Part shown: piece by piece, positions 28,739 through 39,300 of the stretch | How positions within the stretch are numbered: position 1 is the first letter of the stretch | Layout of the letters: each line of letters starts with the position of its first letter | From: Dehalococcoidia bacterium | GTDB lineage: Bacteria > Chloroflexota > Dehalococcoidia > Lucifugimonadales > Australimonadaceae | Assembly (NCBI GenBank): GCA_965243745.1 | Contig: CBDEVR010000002.1 | Span: 327,263-391,262 of the forward strand | DNA length: 64,000 nt | Reading direction: 5' to 3' | Made by a program: the position numbers and the translations under genes | The notes under the pieces: model-generated | The model's database searches: none | Told to the model about the DNA's origin: nothing | The model's input: only the letters and a program-made list of their open reading frames with translations

Positions 28739-29892
28739 CCGCCGTGCCCGAATACGACGCTTCCCACCTTCGCGGACCGCATCGCCTCGGCGACCGCGTC
28801 CGCGATCAGTTCGCCGGCGCGGGCCGACGCCTCGTCCAGGGTCATCGGAGCGCTGAGGATGGACACCACCGCGTCGATTCCCTCCGCGTGCACGCTCTCA
28901 AACCCCTTGCCCAGAGCACCGCAGACGGCCAGCACCGGGATGCCTCTCTGCTTCGAGCGCCGCGCAACCCCGATCGGGGCCTTGTTGTAGACCGTCTGGA
29001 AATCGATCTGCCCCTCACCGGTTATCACGAGGTCGGCGCCCTCCAGCTTCTCGTCAAGCCCAACGTGGTCCAGCACGATGTCCACGCCCGCCCGCAGCGA
29101 ACCGCCGAGGAATGCCATCATCCCGCCGCCAAGCCCGCCGGCAGCGCCGGAGCCGGGAACGGCCTCGATACTCGTGCCGATATCCCGTTCAACCACCTTC
29201 GCGAAGTTCGCCAGTGCGGCGTCGAGCCGCTCGACCATGTCCCGTGTCGCCCCCTTCTGCGGGCCGTAGACCGCGGATGCGCCCTCGGGGCCGGTGAGCG
29301 GGTTCGATACGTCGCACGCCACCGAGAACCGGGCTCCGACCACCCGCTCGTCGAGTCCTGCCGTGTCTATCCGCCGGAGGTCGGCGAGCTCCGCCCCTCC
29401 CGGCGGAAGGTCGTTCCCTGCCTCGTCCAGCAGACGCACGCCCAGCGCCTGGGCCATCCCCGCGCCGCCATCGTTCGTTGCGCTTCCGCCGATCCCCACG
29501 ATGAAGCTGCGGAAGCCCGCGTCGAGCGCCTCGCGGAGCACCTCGCCGAGGCCGTACGTGGTTGCGCGCAGGGGGTCGCGTTCTTCGAGCGAGAGCAGCG
29601 CGAGGCCGGAGGTGCGCGCCATCTCGATCACGGCGGTCTGGCCGTCGCCGAGCGCGCCCCACTCCGCCGCGACCGGCTTCCCGATGGGGCCGGTCACCGT
29701 GGTGGAACGGACCTCCCCGCCCGTCGCCTCGACGAGCGTCTCGAGCGTCCCGTCGCCGCCGTCGGCCACCGGCACGAGAACGGCCTCGGCGTCCGGGAGG
29801 ACCCGGAGCACCCCTTCCTCCATCGCCCTAGCGGCATCAAGCGCTGAGATGCTTCCCTTGAAGCTCTGCGGTGCGATAACGATCTTCATCAC
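28735..29892 (-). CDS. Glycerate kinase
   Basis: MKIVIAPQSFKGS...PVADGGDGTLE...GIGGSATNDGGAGM... motifs. Confidence 0.85.
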   Translation of the reverse strand: MMKIVIAPQSFKGSISALDAARAMEEGVLRVLPDAEAVLVPVADGGDGTLETLVEATGGEVRSTTVTGPIGKPVAAEWGALGDGQTAVIEMARTSGLALLSLEERDPLRATTYGLGEVLREALDAGFRSFIVGIGGSATNDGGAGMAQALGVRLLDEAGNDLPPGGAELADLRRIDTAGLDERVVGARFSVACDVSNPLTGPEGASAVYGPQKGATRDMVERLDAALANFAKVVERDIGTSIEAVPGSGAAGGLGGGMMAFLGGSLRAGVDIVLDHVGLDEKLEGADLVITGEGQIDFQTVYNKAPIGVARRSKQRGIPVLAVCGALGKGFESVHAEGIDAVVSILSAPMTLDEASARAGELIADAVAEAMRSAKVGSVVFGHGG

Positions 29893-29981
29893 GGTGCCGC
29901 AGGATAGCGTGAGGACGGCCTACTCAACCAGCGGACCGATGCCGGATGGCCGGGTCACCCTGCCTGTTATAAGCTGCGATC

Positions 29982-31133
29982 GTGAACAGTCAGCCCTATA
30001 CCATCCATGTCGCAGACCGCGTCCTCGACGACCTGCGCGAGCGTCTCGCCAGTACCCGGTGGCCGGACGCGGTCGATGGCGCCGGCTGGGACTACGGGGC
30101 CAACCTCGACTACGTCCGCGAGCTGGCAGAGTACTGGCGCACGGGGTTCGACTGGCGCGCCCAGGAAGCACGGCTGAACTCGCTGCCCAACTATCGGGCC
30201 GAGGTCGGCGGACTGAGCATCCACTTCATCCACGTCCGCGGCAACGGGCCCCATCCCCTGCCGATCATACTGACCCACGGCTGGCCGAGCACGTTCCTCG
30301 AAGAGCTGGAGATACTCCCTCTGCTCTCCGACCCTGCGGCGCACGGCGGCGACGCTGCCGACGCTTTCGACGTCGTCATCCCATCGCTGCCGGGCTATGG
30401 CTTCTCCGACCGGCCATCGGAGAAGGGCATGAGCGCAAAGCGTACGGCCGCGCTGTGGTCGGAGCTCATGCAGGGACTTGGCTACCCACGGTTCGTGGCC
30501 CACGGGGGCGACTGGGGCGCTGCCGTCACCACGCAGTTCGGCCTCGGGCACTCCGACCATGTTGCCGCGGTCCACCTGACCTCGGCAACCATCGTCGGGC
30601 CGCATCTCGGTGAGGGGTCTGCCCCTCTCAGCGCAGCCGAACAGGCGCTCGTCAAGCACCGAGACTGGTGGCAAGCCACCGAGCACGGGTACTCACACGA
30701 ACAGCGCACAAAGCCGTTGACGCTCGCCTACGGGCTCAGCGACTCACCCGTCGGGATGCTGGCCTGGATCGTCGAGAAGTTCTGGAAGTGGAGCGACAAC
30801 GAGGGCGACGTCGAGGAGCGGTTCACCAAGGACGAGCTGCTCACGAACGCGACGATCTACTGGGCCACGCAGACGATCTCGTCGTCCGTTCGGTTCTACA
30901 AGGAGTCGGCGGAGGACCCGGTGCGCGTTGGGCCGGGCGAACGGGTCGAGGTGCCCACCGGCTTCGCGATATTCCCTGGCGACTCGAGCCAGCCGCCGCG
31001 CGAATGGGCCGAGCGCTCCTACAACGTCCAGCGCTACACGCTGATGCCGAGCGGCGGGCACTTCGGCGCATGGGAAGAGCCGGAGCTGTTGGTGAACGAG
31101 CTGCGGGAGTTCTTCCGGCCATTCCGGGGCTAG
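29982..31133 (+). CDS. Epoxide hydrolase (N-terminal EHN domain plus alpha/beta hydrolase)
   Basis: ...RWPD...GWDYG...Y.RELAEYW...FDWR..E..LN... followed by ILTHGWPSTF. Confidence 0.85.
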   Translation: MNSQPYTIHVADRVLDDLRERLASTRWPDAVDGAGWDYGANLDYVRELAEYWRTGFDWRAQEARLNSLPNYRAEVGGLSIHFIHVRGNGPHPLPIILTHGWPSTFLEELEILPLLSDPAAHGGDAADAFDVVIPSLPGYGFSDRPSEKGMSAKRTAALWSELMQGLGYPRFVAHGGDWGAAVTTQFGLGHSDHVAAVHLTSATIVGPHLGEGSAPLSAAEQALVKHRDWWQATEHGYSHEQRTKPLTLAYGLSDSPVGMLAWIVEKFWKWSDNEGDVEERFTKDELLTNATIYWATQTISSSVRFYKESAEDPVRVGPGERVEVPTGFAIFPGDSSQPPREWAERSYNVQRYTLMPSGGHFGAWEEPELLVNELREFFRPFRG

Positions 31134-31143
31134 TTCGCTGCGA

Positions 31144-32559
31144 TCAGCGCTCTCCCGGGTCCCGCGCATCAGATCTGCTTCTGTTCCCGTCGCCGAGCCG
31201 GTAGATGGCCACGATCAGGTTGCCGCCGACAACGAAACCGATGTAGGCGAAGAGGGCGGCTGCATGCCACGTGTACCCCAGGTTCAGCCGGTCGAGGGCC
31301 TCTTCCCGGGAGAAGCCCAACCTGGCGAAGTCGATCTCCCACGAGTTGAACAGGTTGTGGTCCGGCAGGACCATCGGCAGATCGGGAGAGACGTATACCG
31401 CCAGGACGGTAAGCAGACCCAGAACCGTCGAAACGACTGCTACCACCAGCGTGGTGGACAGCAGGAACTGCCGGTCCCTCTCGCTCGGGTTGGTGGAGGG
31501 CTCCTGGACAACCAGCAATGCGATGAAGAGTAACGCCACCACCGGCATCAGGACCCCAAACTGTATCCAGACCGACGCGTTCGATATCGCGAGGACAACG
31601 GCGTACACGAAGCCGATCGGGGCCAGTACCGCCCAGACCGACCGCCTGAGGACACTGCCCTCGCTACCGTGGTGCAAGTAGTGCCATCGCCACAAGAACT
31701 GAGACATCAGCCCAGCGGATGAAGCGAGCGCCAGGTTAACAAGGAGCGCCAACATGTAGGGCAGGTACGTGCCGGCTGAATCGCCCACCGTATAGAAGCC
31801 GTAGTGGTCCATGCCCAGGGGCGCGAACTGCAAAAGCGGAGTGCTCAGTACAAAGAACAGGGTACTCCAGAAGAATTCTCTGAGAGTGACGACGGTGCGA
31901 TCAGGGAATAGGACTCCCTGCACCAACACCATTCCCGTTACAAGGCCAACATAGACCACGGGAAGCCAGATATTGCTCCAGTCCAGGAACGAGAAGGCGT
32001 ACCCGACGCCAACGATAAGGGCGCCCAGGAGCAGACATCTGAGAGACACGAATCTCCAGCCCATCAAGGGCGGGATGACGGTTGTTGAAGCGCGACCTCC
32101 GGCAGCGCCGGGGCCTGCCAGCACATCTCTTTCGCCCGGAATCGGTTCGTATCCGGGGCCCTGGTTGCTCCCACCATTGATGGCCATGAAGGAAGCCGTC
32201 TGGAGATCGGGCGCGAGGCCTGCCAGCAGGATCAGTCCCGCCACCTCCGTTGACGACAGCCCCAGGGCCAACCCGAAGACCTGCAGCCGGTGCACGGTGG
32301 GACGTGTAGCCCCGGACTCCCACCGGGAGACGGTGGCGTGGCTGAACCGCTCCGCGTACTCATCGTCTATCGACGCCATGAGCCGGAGCAGCGCTTCCTG
32401 GCTCAGGCCGCGCTGGCCGTCCTCGGAGAGGAAGGACTCGCGGTAGGCCTTCATGGCGAACCCTGCCTGGGCCGCTCTCAACCGTTGTTCATCGATCTCG
32501 GCTGTCATCGTCAGGTGTACATCGTGGGTACTGTCGCCGAGAGGTACGTTCGTGCGCAT
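31144..32559 (-). CDS. XRE-type HTH domain fused to a polytopic membrane domain (function unknown)
   Basis: HTH segment LSQEALLRLMASI...SHATVSRWESGATRPTV followed by about 9-10 hydrophobic helices. The start is uncertain (ATG at 32559 or 32508). The track ORF extends into the upstream repeat and is probably too long. Confidence 0.6.
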   Translation of the reverse strand: MRTNVPLGDSTHDVHLTMTAEIDEQRLRAAQAGFAMKAYRESFLSEDGQRGLSQEALLRLMASIDDEYAERFSHATVSRWESGATRPTVHRLQVFGLALGLSSTEVAGLILLAGLAPDLQTASFMAINGGSNQGPGYEPIPGERDVLAGPGAAGGRASTTVIPPLMGWRFVSLRCLLLGALIVGVGYAFSFLDWSNIWLPVVYVGLVTGMVLVQGVLFPDRTVVTLREFFWSTLFFVLSTPLLQFAPLGMDHYGFYTVGDSAGTYLPYMLALLVNLALASSAGLMSQFLWRWHYLHHGSEGSVLRRSVWAVLAPIGFVYAVVLAISNASVWIQFGVLMPVVALLFIALLVVQEPSTNPSERDRQFLLSTTLVVAVVSTVLGLLTVLAVYVSPDLPMVLPDHNLFNSWEIDFARLGFSREEALDRLNLGYTWHAAALFAYIGFVVGGNLIVAIYRLGDGNRSRSDARDPGER

Positions 32560-32623
32560 GCGGACATGGTATCGGATGCAACTTCGGCGAACAGTATGTA
32601 CCACCACTGTTGCGGAGACTCCG

Positions 32624-32795
32624 GGTGAACGCCATGCCGCGCCAGCACACCGCATCCGCTGACCGCGCACATAACCATTCATGGACTGTGCACAACGCCC
32701 TGGGTAAGGGCATGGATCCGCGAACATCGCAGGAGTGGAACAGTCCGAAACCGCGCATGTACAGACTTCCCGGGGAGGCATCAGTCAGGCTGTTG
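32624..32795. repeat. About 170-bp direct repeat, copy 1
   Basis: Similar at most positions by eye to 33062..33230. Shared blocks include atccgctgaccgcgcaca, catggactgtgcacaacgc, ggatccgcgaacatcgcaggagtgga and gtccgaaaccgcgcatgtacagacttcc. Confidence 0.85.
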
Positions 32796-33061
32796 CAGAC
32801 TCCAGGGGCGGCAAGGCCGCTTCGCGATCCCACGAGGTGACCCCCAATGCAACGACCGGCAGGCTTCGACCACCTACGCCACCGCATCGAGGCGCGCGAA
32901 GACGGCATCGTACGGACGTACTGTGGACACTGGATTGCACCACCTCCGCCGCCCGCGCCCGGGGAGCCCCGACCGGTCTGCCGACGCTGTGACACGGCGT
33001 GGCTGATGCATCGAGGCCGCTCGGCTATCGCCTCGGTTTTTGCGCGGCGCAAACACTCTGA

Positions 33062-33230
33062 GTGAACGCCAAGCCGTACTCGCACATCGTATCCGCTGAC
33101 CGCGCACACAACCCCTCATGGACTGTGCACAACGCTCCGGGTGCGGGCGTGGATCCGCGAACATCGCAGGAGTGGAAGAGTCCGAAACCGCGCATGTACA
33201 GACTTCCGGGGATGCGTGGGTCAGGCTGTG
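33062..33230. repeat. About 170-bp direct repeat, copy 2 (about 70 nt upstream of the giant gene)
   Basis: See copy 1. Confidence 0.85.
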
Positions 33231-33300
33231 GGCGTGAACGGCATCGCGGGCGGAACGGCTCCATCTGAAGCGATGTCAAGGTGCGACGAGGGAACCCCAC

Positions 33301-36300
33301 ATGCACGCTACGCGCCCGGCGCGCTTCTTTCGCCCCCTCATGTCCATGGCAGCCCTGGCTTTCCTGGCGGCGCTCCTACTGCATGTCCCGCAGGCACGCG
33401 CGCAGTTCGACAATACCGCCCCCTTACTGCTGGCGGCGAACGTGGACGGAACGTCCCTGGTCCTCATCTATAGCGAGCTCCTGAACGAAAGCTCCACCCC
33501 CGCAGCGAGCGACTATACGGTGGATATCGGCGGCACGGACTACACCCCGTCGAGCGTCGCAGTGCTCGGCGCTGAGGTGGCGCTCACGCTGTCGACAGGC
33601 GCCGCAAGCGGCGACACCGTGACGTTGGACTACACAGTGGGGACAAACCCGGTGGAGGACCCGGCAGGCAACGACGCGCAGGCGTTGACCAGCTGGTCTG
33701 TGGCCAACCACACCGGCGCGACCAACGACCGGCCGGAATTCTCGAGCGACACGATCACCATCACTGTCGATGAGAACACGCCGTCTCTGACCGCCTTCGG
33801 GGACCCGGTCGCCGCCACGGACGATGACACGGGCGACACGCTGACCTACGAGCTGCACTCAACCGTCGTTCCTACATTCTTCATCGACACGAGCTCCGGT
33901 CAGATTTCAGTATTCGGAAACCTGGACTTTGAAACCACATCCTCCTACGTCGCACCTATGTACGTTCGCGACAGCAAGACCCCCGCCGGGGACAGCGACA
34001 CGCAGTGGGACGACAGCATCAAGGTGACCATCAGCGTCAACGACCTCAATGAAGAGCCCACCATCACTGGCGCTACTGCCCCCGACGTTGACGAGAACAC
34101 GACCACCGTCGACACGTACACGGTCTCGGACCCGGACACGGCGGACACCCACACGTGGTCGATAGACAGCGACACCAGCGTTGAGGAGAACCAGGACGGA
34201 GCGCTGTTCCAGATCGGGCAGACCAGCGGCGTGCTCTCATTCATCAACGCGCCGGACTACGAGACGCCGGGCAGCGCGACCACTCCCGCCAGCAACACAT
34301 ACCAGGTGACGATCAAGGTCACCGACAACGGTTCGCCCGCAATGAGCGATACCTTTGACGTTGTCGTCGATGTCATCAACGTCAACGAGGCGCCGGCCAT
34401 CACGAGCACGGGCTCGTCCCACACCTCCATCAGCAAGCCGGAGGGCACGGGGCCCAGTGACCCACTCGCAACCTACGCGGCGGACGACCCGGAGGACGAT
34501 ACGCTGACGTGGACGCTGAGCGGGCCTGACGCGGCAGACTTCACCATCAACTCGTCGACAGGAGCGCTCAGGTTTCAGGCCCTCACCGACTACGAGGACC
34601 CACGGGACGCCGGCACCAACAACGTCTACAACGTGACCGTGGAGGTGAAGGACACCGATGGCTCCGCCGTCGACGACAGCATCAACGTGGTCGTCACCGT
34701 CACCAACATCGACGAGGCCGGCACGGTAACGCTGCCCGGCACGATCACGGCTGGGCAGGCGGTAACTGCGACGTTGACCGACCACGACGGTACCCCCAGC
34801 AACGTAACGTGGCAGTGGTCGAGGTCCGACACGGCAGGCGGGACGTTTACACCCATCAGCGGGGCCACCTCCAACCCCTACACGCCCGTAGCCGTGGACG
34901 TGGGCAAGTATCTGAAGGCCACGGCGTCCTACACGGACCCCCACGGTTCGGGCAAGTCCGCAACCAGCGCCGCGTCGAGCCAGGTGGCGGTGGGCAACAG
35001 GGACCCGTCGTTCAGCAGCATGACCGCCACCCGCAGCGTGCCGGAGAACAGTTCATCAGGGACGAACGTCGGGGCTATGGTCTCGGCCACGGACCACGAC
35101 AACGACACGCTGCACTACTGGTTGACCGGCACGGACGCGTCTTCCTTCGACATCGTTTCGACAAGCGGCCAGATACAGACGAAGTCGGGGATCACCTACA
35201 ACTACGAGTCCAAGAGCAGCTACAGCGTGACCGTGAACGTGCGCGACAACAAGGACGAGGCCGGCGACACCGACACCGACACCGACGACGACATCACGGT
35301 GACCATCAACCTCTCCAACGTGGACGAGCCGGGCACGGTGACGATCACGGGCACGGAGTCGGGCGGGGAGACGCTGACGGCGTCCGTGACCGACATCGAC
35401 GGTACCGTCAGCAACCTGACGTGGCAGTGGGCGCTGGGGGCCTCGGCCTCGGGACCCTTCGCCCCCATCAGCGGGGCGACAAACAACACGTATACAACCG
35501 TGGCCGTCGACGTGAACAGGTTCCTGCGCGCCACGGCGAGCTACACGGACCCCCAGGGTTCCGGCAAGTCCGCCAGCGCCGTGACCGGCCAGATCAGCGC
35601 CAGCAACAATGAGCCGGAGTTCCCCACCAGTGAGACGGGCTCCCGGAGTTTGGCGGAGAACAGCGGAGGCGGAACAAACGTCGGCGCGCCGGTGGCGGCC
35701 GAGGATGACGACAGCGACTCACTGACCTACTCGCTCAGCGGCACGGACGCGTCTTCCTTCGACATCGTTGCGACAAGCGGCCAGATACGGACCAAGTCGG
35801 GGATCACCTATAACTACGAGTCCAAGAGCGTTTACGGCTTTTCCGTGCATGTGCACGACAACAAGGACGCCGCCAGCAATTCTCCTCATACCACCACCGA
35901 CGACACCATCAATGTGACCATCACCCTCACGGACGTCAACGAACAGCCCGCGATCTCGACCCCCCAGACCTCCATCTCCGTTGAGGAAAACCAGACCTCC
36001 GTCCTCACGTACATGGCGACCGACGTGGACAGCGAGAACAACGAGGCCCACGACTCGGCCAATACGCTGACGTGGTCCGTGGAGAGCGCCGACGACGGCA
36101 GTTTCTTCGAGATTGGCTCGTCGAGCGGCGTGCTCACGTTCAAGAACGCGCCGAACTTCGAGGACAAGCAGGACGCCGGCAACGACAACGTCTACAACGT
36201 CACGGTCACGGTCACGGACAACGGCATCGACGGCGCCCGGGGAGCGTCGAACCACCTCAGCGTCTCCAGGTCCCTCGCCGTGACCGTCACGGACGTCAAC

Positions 36301-39300
36301 GAAGCGCCCACGTTGACGTCCGGCCCCGGTGCCCCCGCATTCGACGAGAACGCGACAGGGGTCGTCGCGACGTACGTGGCGACGGACCCGGACGCGACGA
36401 CGGGGACGATGTCGTGGGACCTGCAGGGCAACGATGCGGGGGACTTCAACATCACGTCGACCGTGAACGGAACGGCAGAACTCACGTTCAGGAGCCCGCC
36501 GGATTACGAGAGGCCGGACGACACCGGCACGGACAACGTCTACGACGTGACGGTGCGGGTGAGGGACAACGGGAGCCCGAGACTGGAAGACACCCAGATC
36601 GTCGCGGTCACCGTCAACGACCTCAACGAGACGCCGGTGGTCGCCGGGAACGCCGGGCCGAGCTTCGCGGAGATCGAGTTCGATCACACGGCGACAGCCT
36701 CCGAGCTCGTCATCGGCACCTACACCGCCACCGACGACGACAACGCTGACAACGCCGGTCTCCAGACGATCACGTTCGACGTGTCCGGCACGGACGCGGC
36801 CCACTTCAGCATCAACGGGAGCACCGGCGTCCTCTCCTTCAGCATCGAGCCGGACTTCGAGAACCCAGCCGACCTGGCGGACTCGAACATGATGGCCGCC
36901 TCCGACAACATGTACCAGATCGTCGTGGAGGCGGACGACGGGGCGGGTGAATCGAACAGCGTCGGGACGTTCACCGTCACCGTGACGGTCACGAACGTCA
37001 ACGAGACACCGGAGATCCCGGCCGGCGTTCCTGACGAGAGCTTCGCGGAGATCGAGTGGGACGCCGATTCCGCGAACCTGGACGTGATGACCTACATCCC
37101 CCGGGACGAGGAGATCACCACTCTTACCCAGTTGTCGTGGTCCCTGGTCGGCACAGACGCCGCCGACTTCCAGATCACCGAGGACTCCACAACCGGCCAC
37201 GGCACGCTCAGCTTCCGGGAACGGCCCAACTTCGAGGACCCGACCGACCGCGTGAACACCTCCGAAAGCCACGCGGCCGGCGACAACATGTACCAGGTCA
37301 TCGTGAAGATCAGCGACGGCACGAACACGCGCGACTACCCGTTGACCGTGACTGTCACCAACGTCAACGAGACGCCGGGGTTCACTCAGCTTTCGACCGG
37401 TCGGCACGCGGACGAGATCGAGTACGACTCCGGGACGACGGCGAACGATCTCTCCACCATCCCCGCCACGGTGGCGAACCAGGCCTATTGGTACCGGGTC
37501 GAGGCCCGGGACGAGGAGGGGGACGACATCATCTGGACCATCACCGGGCCCGACGCCGCCGACTTCGTCATCGTGGAGGACCCCGACTTCGTCATGACGG
37601 CCGACGCCGACGAGAGCGCCATCGCCCGCTGGGCCATCGTGCCGGACTTCGAGGACCCGATGGGCTCTTCAACCGATGTAGGGGCTAACGGATACGTGTT
37701 CACCGTGAACGCGTCCGACGGCACCAACACCGCGATGCACGAGGTCTTCATCCGTATCTTCGACGTCAACGAGCAGCCGGAGTTCACGGGGACCGTCGAA
37801 ACGGCGATAGCGCTCGACGAACACGACGCTACCCTCGACGCGAGTTTCCAGGAGCCTCCGTACGGCTTCGCGACCATCGCGTCGTACACCGCGCGCGACG
37901 AGGAGGGCGGGGTCACGTGGTCGCTCACGGGCACAGACGCGCTTGACTTCGAGATCGACAGCGGCGGCAACGTCACCTTCAAGGAGACGCCCAGCTTCGA
38001 GGACCCGAAGGACTCCGGCGGGGACAACGTCTACAACTTCAACGTCGTTGCCACCGACATCATGAGCAAGACGAACCGGCGCACCGCCACGCAGCCCGTC
38101 ACCGTGACGGTGCGCGACATCGAGGAGACGGGCGTCATCAGGGTGGACAACCTGGACCCCGTCGTGGGGGACACGATCACCTTCACGTTGTCGGACCCGG
38201 ACGGCGGCATCGACACGGATGCAGTCGATATCAGCTGGACCCTGAGGGCTCAGGAATCGGGGGTGTGGCAGCCCATTACCATCGGGGGGGGCGCCTCCAC
38301 TACGCTGAGGTACACGGTGGACGAGGATGATGCCGGGAAGCCTCTGCGGGCCGAGGTGTCCTACTTCGACCGGCGAAACGCGGACCGCAACCTCTTCAAC
38401 CGGAAGATGCTGACCAGCGGCGAGACTTCCCCTGTGGAAGCGGACCCCCTGCCCAACGTGAAGCCCCGGTTCCGCTCGGGGACCAGCCAGGCGATCGACG
38501 AGGGGGCCGCCGGCAGGGTCCTGTCCGAACGCCTGACAGCCACGGACCGCGATAACGACAACCTGACATTCGGCATCCAGGCCGGGCAGGACTCCGCTCT
38601 CTTCGAGATCGACCCGTCTTCCGGACAGATCACGGCCGTCGGGGCGTTGAACTTCGAGACGGCGGGATCGGAGGGCTTGCTGTTCTTCACCGCCACCCTG
38701 CATGACGGCAAGGGCTTGGACGCCAACGACATGGTGATCAACGACGACTCCATCGACGTGACTACCGTTGTATCGGTGCGTGTCATAGACCTGGAGGAAG
38801 ACGGCGTAGTAACCCTCTCCGTCCAGGAGCCGGATGTCGGGGAGTTGGTGACGGCCACGCTCACTGACGGGGACGGCGGCGTCACGGGCGCCTCCTGGCA
38901 GTGGGCCTGGTCGGACGACGGGCGGACCGGCTGGACGCCCATATCGGGAGCGACGAACCGCAGCTACAGGCCGACCGAAGACGACGGGGACCGCTACCTG
39001 CGCGCCAGGGTCGAATACACGGACCGGCGCGGCGGCGGCAAGAGCGCGGAAGGGATAACCAACCCTGTTCCCACTACGAACCGGCGCCCCCTCTTCCCGT
39101 CCACGGAGAACGGACAGCGCACGGTGGACGAGAACTCGCGGGCGGGCACGAACATCGGCGCTCCGGTGGCGGCGGAAGACCCTGAGCGAAACACACTGAC
39201 GTACACGCTGACCGGCACGGACGCCGCCTCCTTCACCATCGTGACGAGGACCGGCCAAATCCGGCTGGCATCGGGCGTGACGCTGGACTATGAGACGAAG

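Noticed and set aside
31144-32781. The full 545-aa track ORF for the HTH-membrane protein.
   Set aside because: The first about 75 codons run through repeat copy 1 and are Cys/Arg-rich, with a parallel spurious ORF over repeat copy 2. The HTH domain starts just after internal ATGs at 32559 and 32508, so a shorter gene was called.
32847-33065. 72-aa ORF between the two 170-bp repeats with a C-G-H-W ... C-R-R-C pattern that loosely resembles small actinobacterial zinc-ribbon proteins (DUF3039-like).
   Set aside because: Its SD-ATG and first codons look like a diverged duplicate of the giant gene's 5' end. The rest is Pro/Arg-rich and low in complexity, and there is no independent support. I kept it only as part of the duplication finding.
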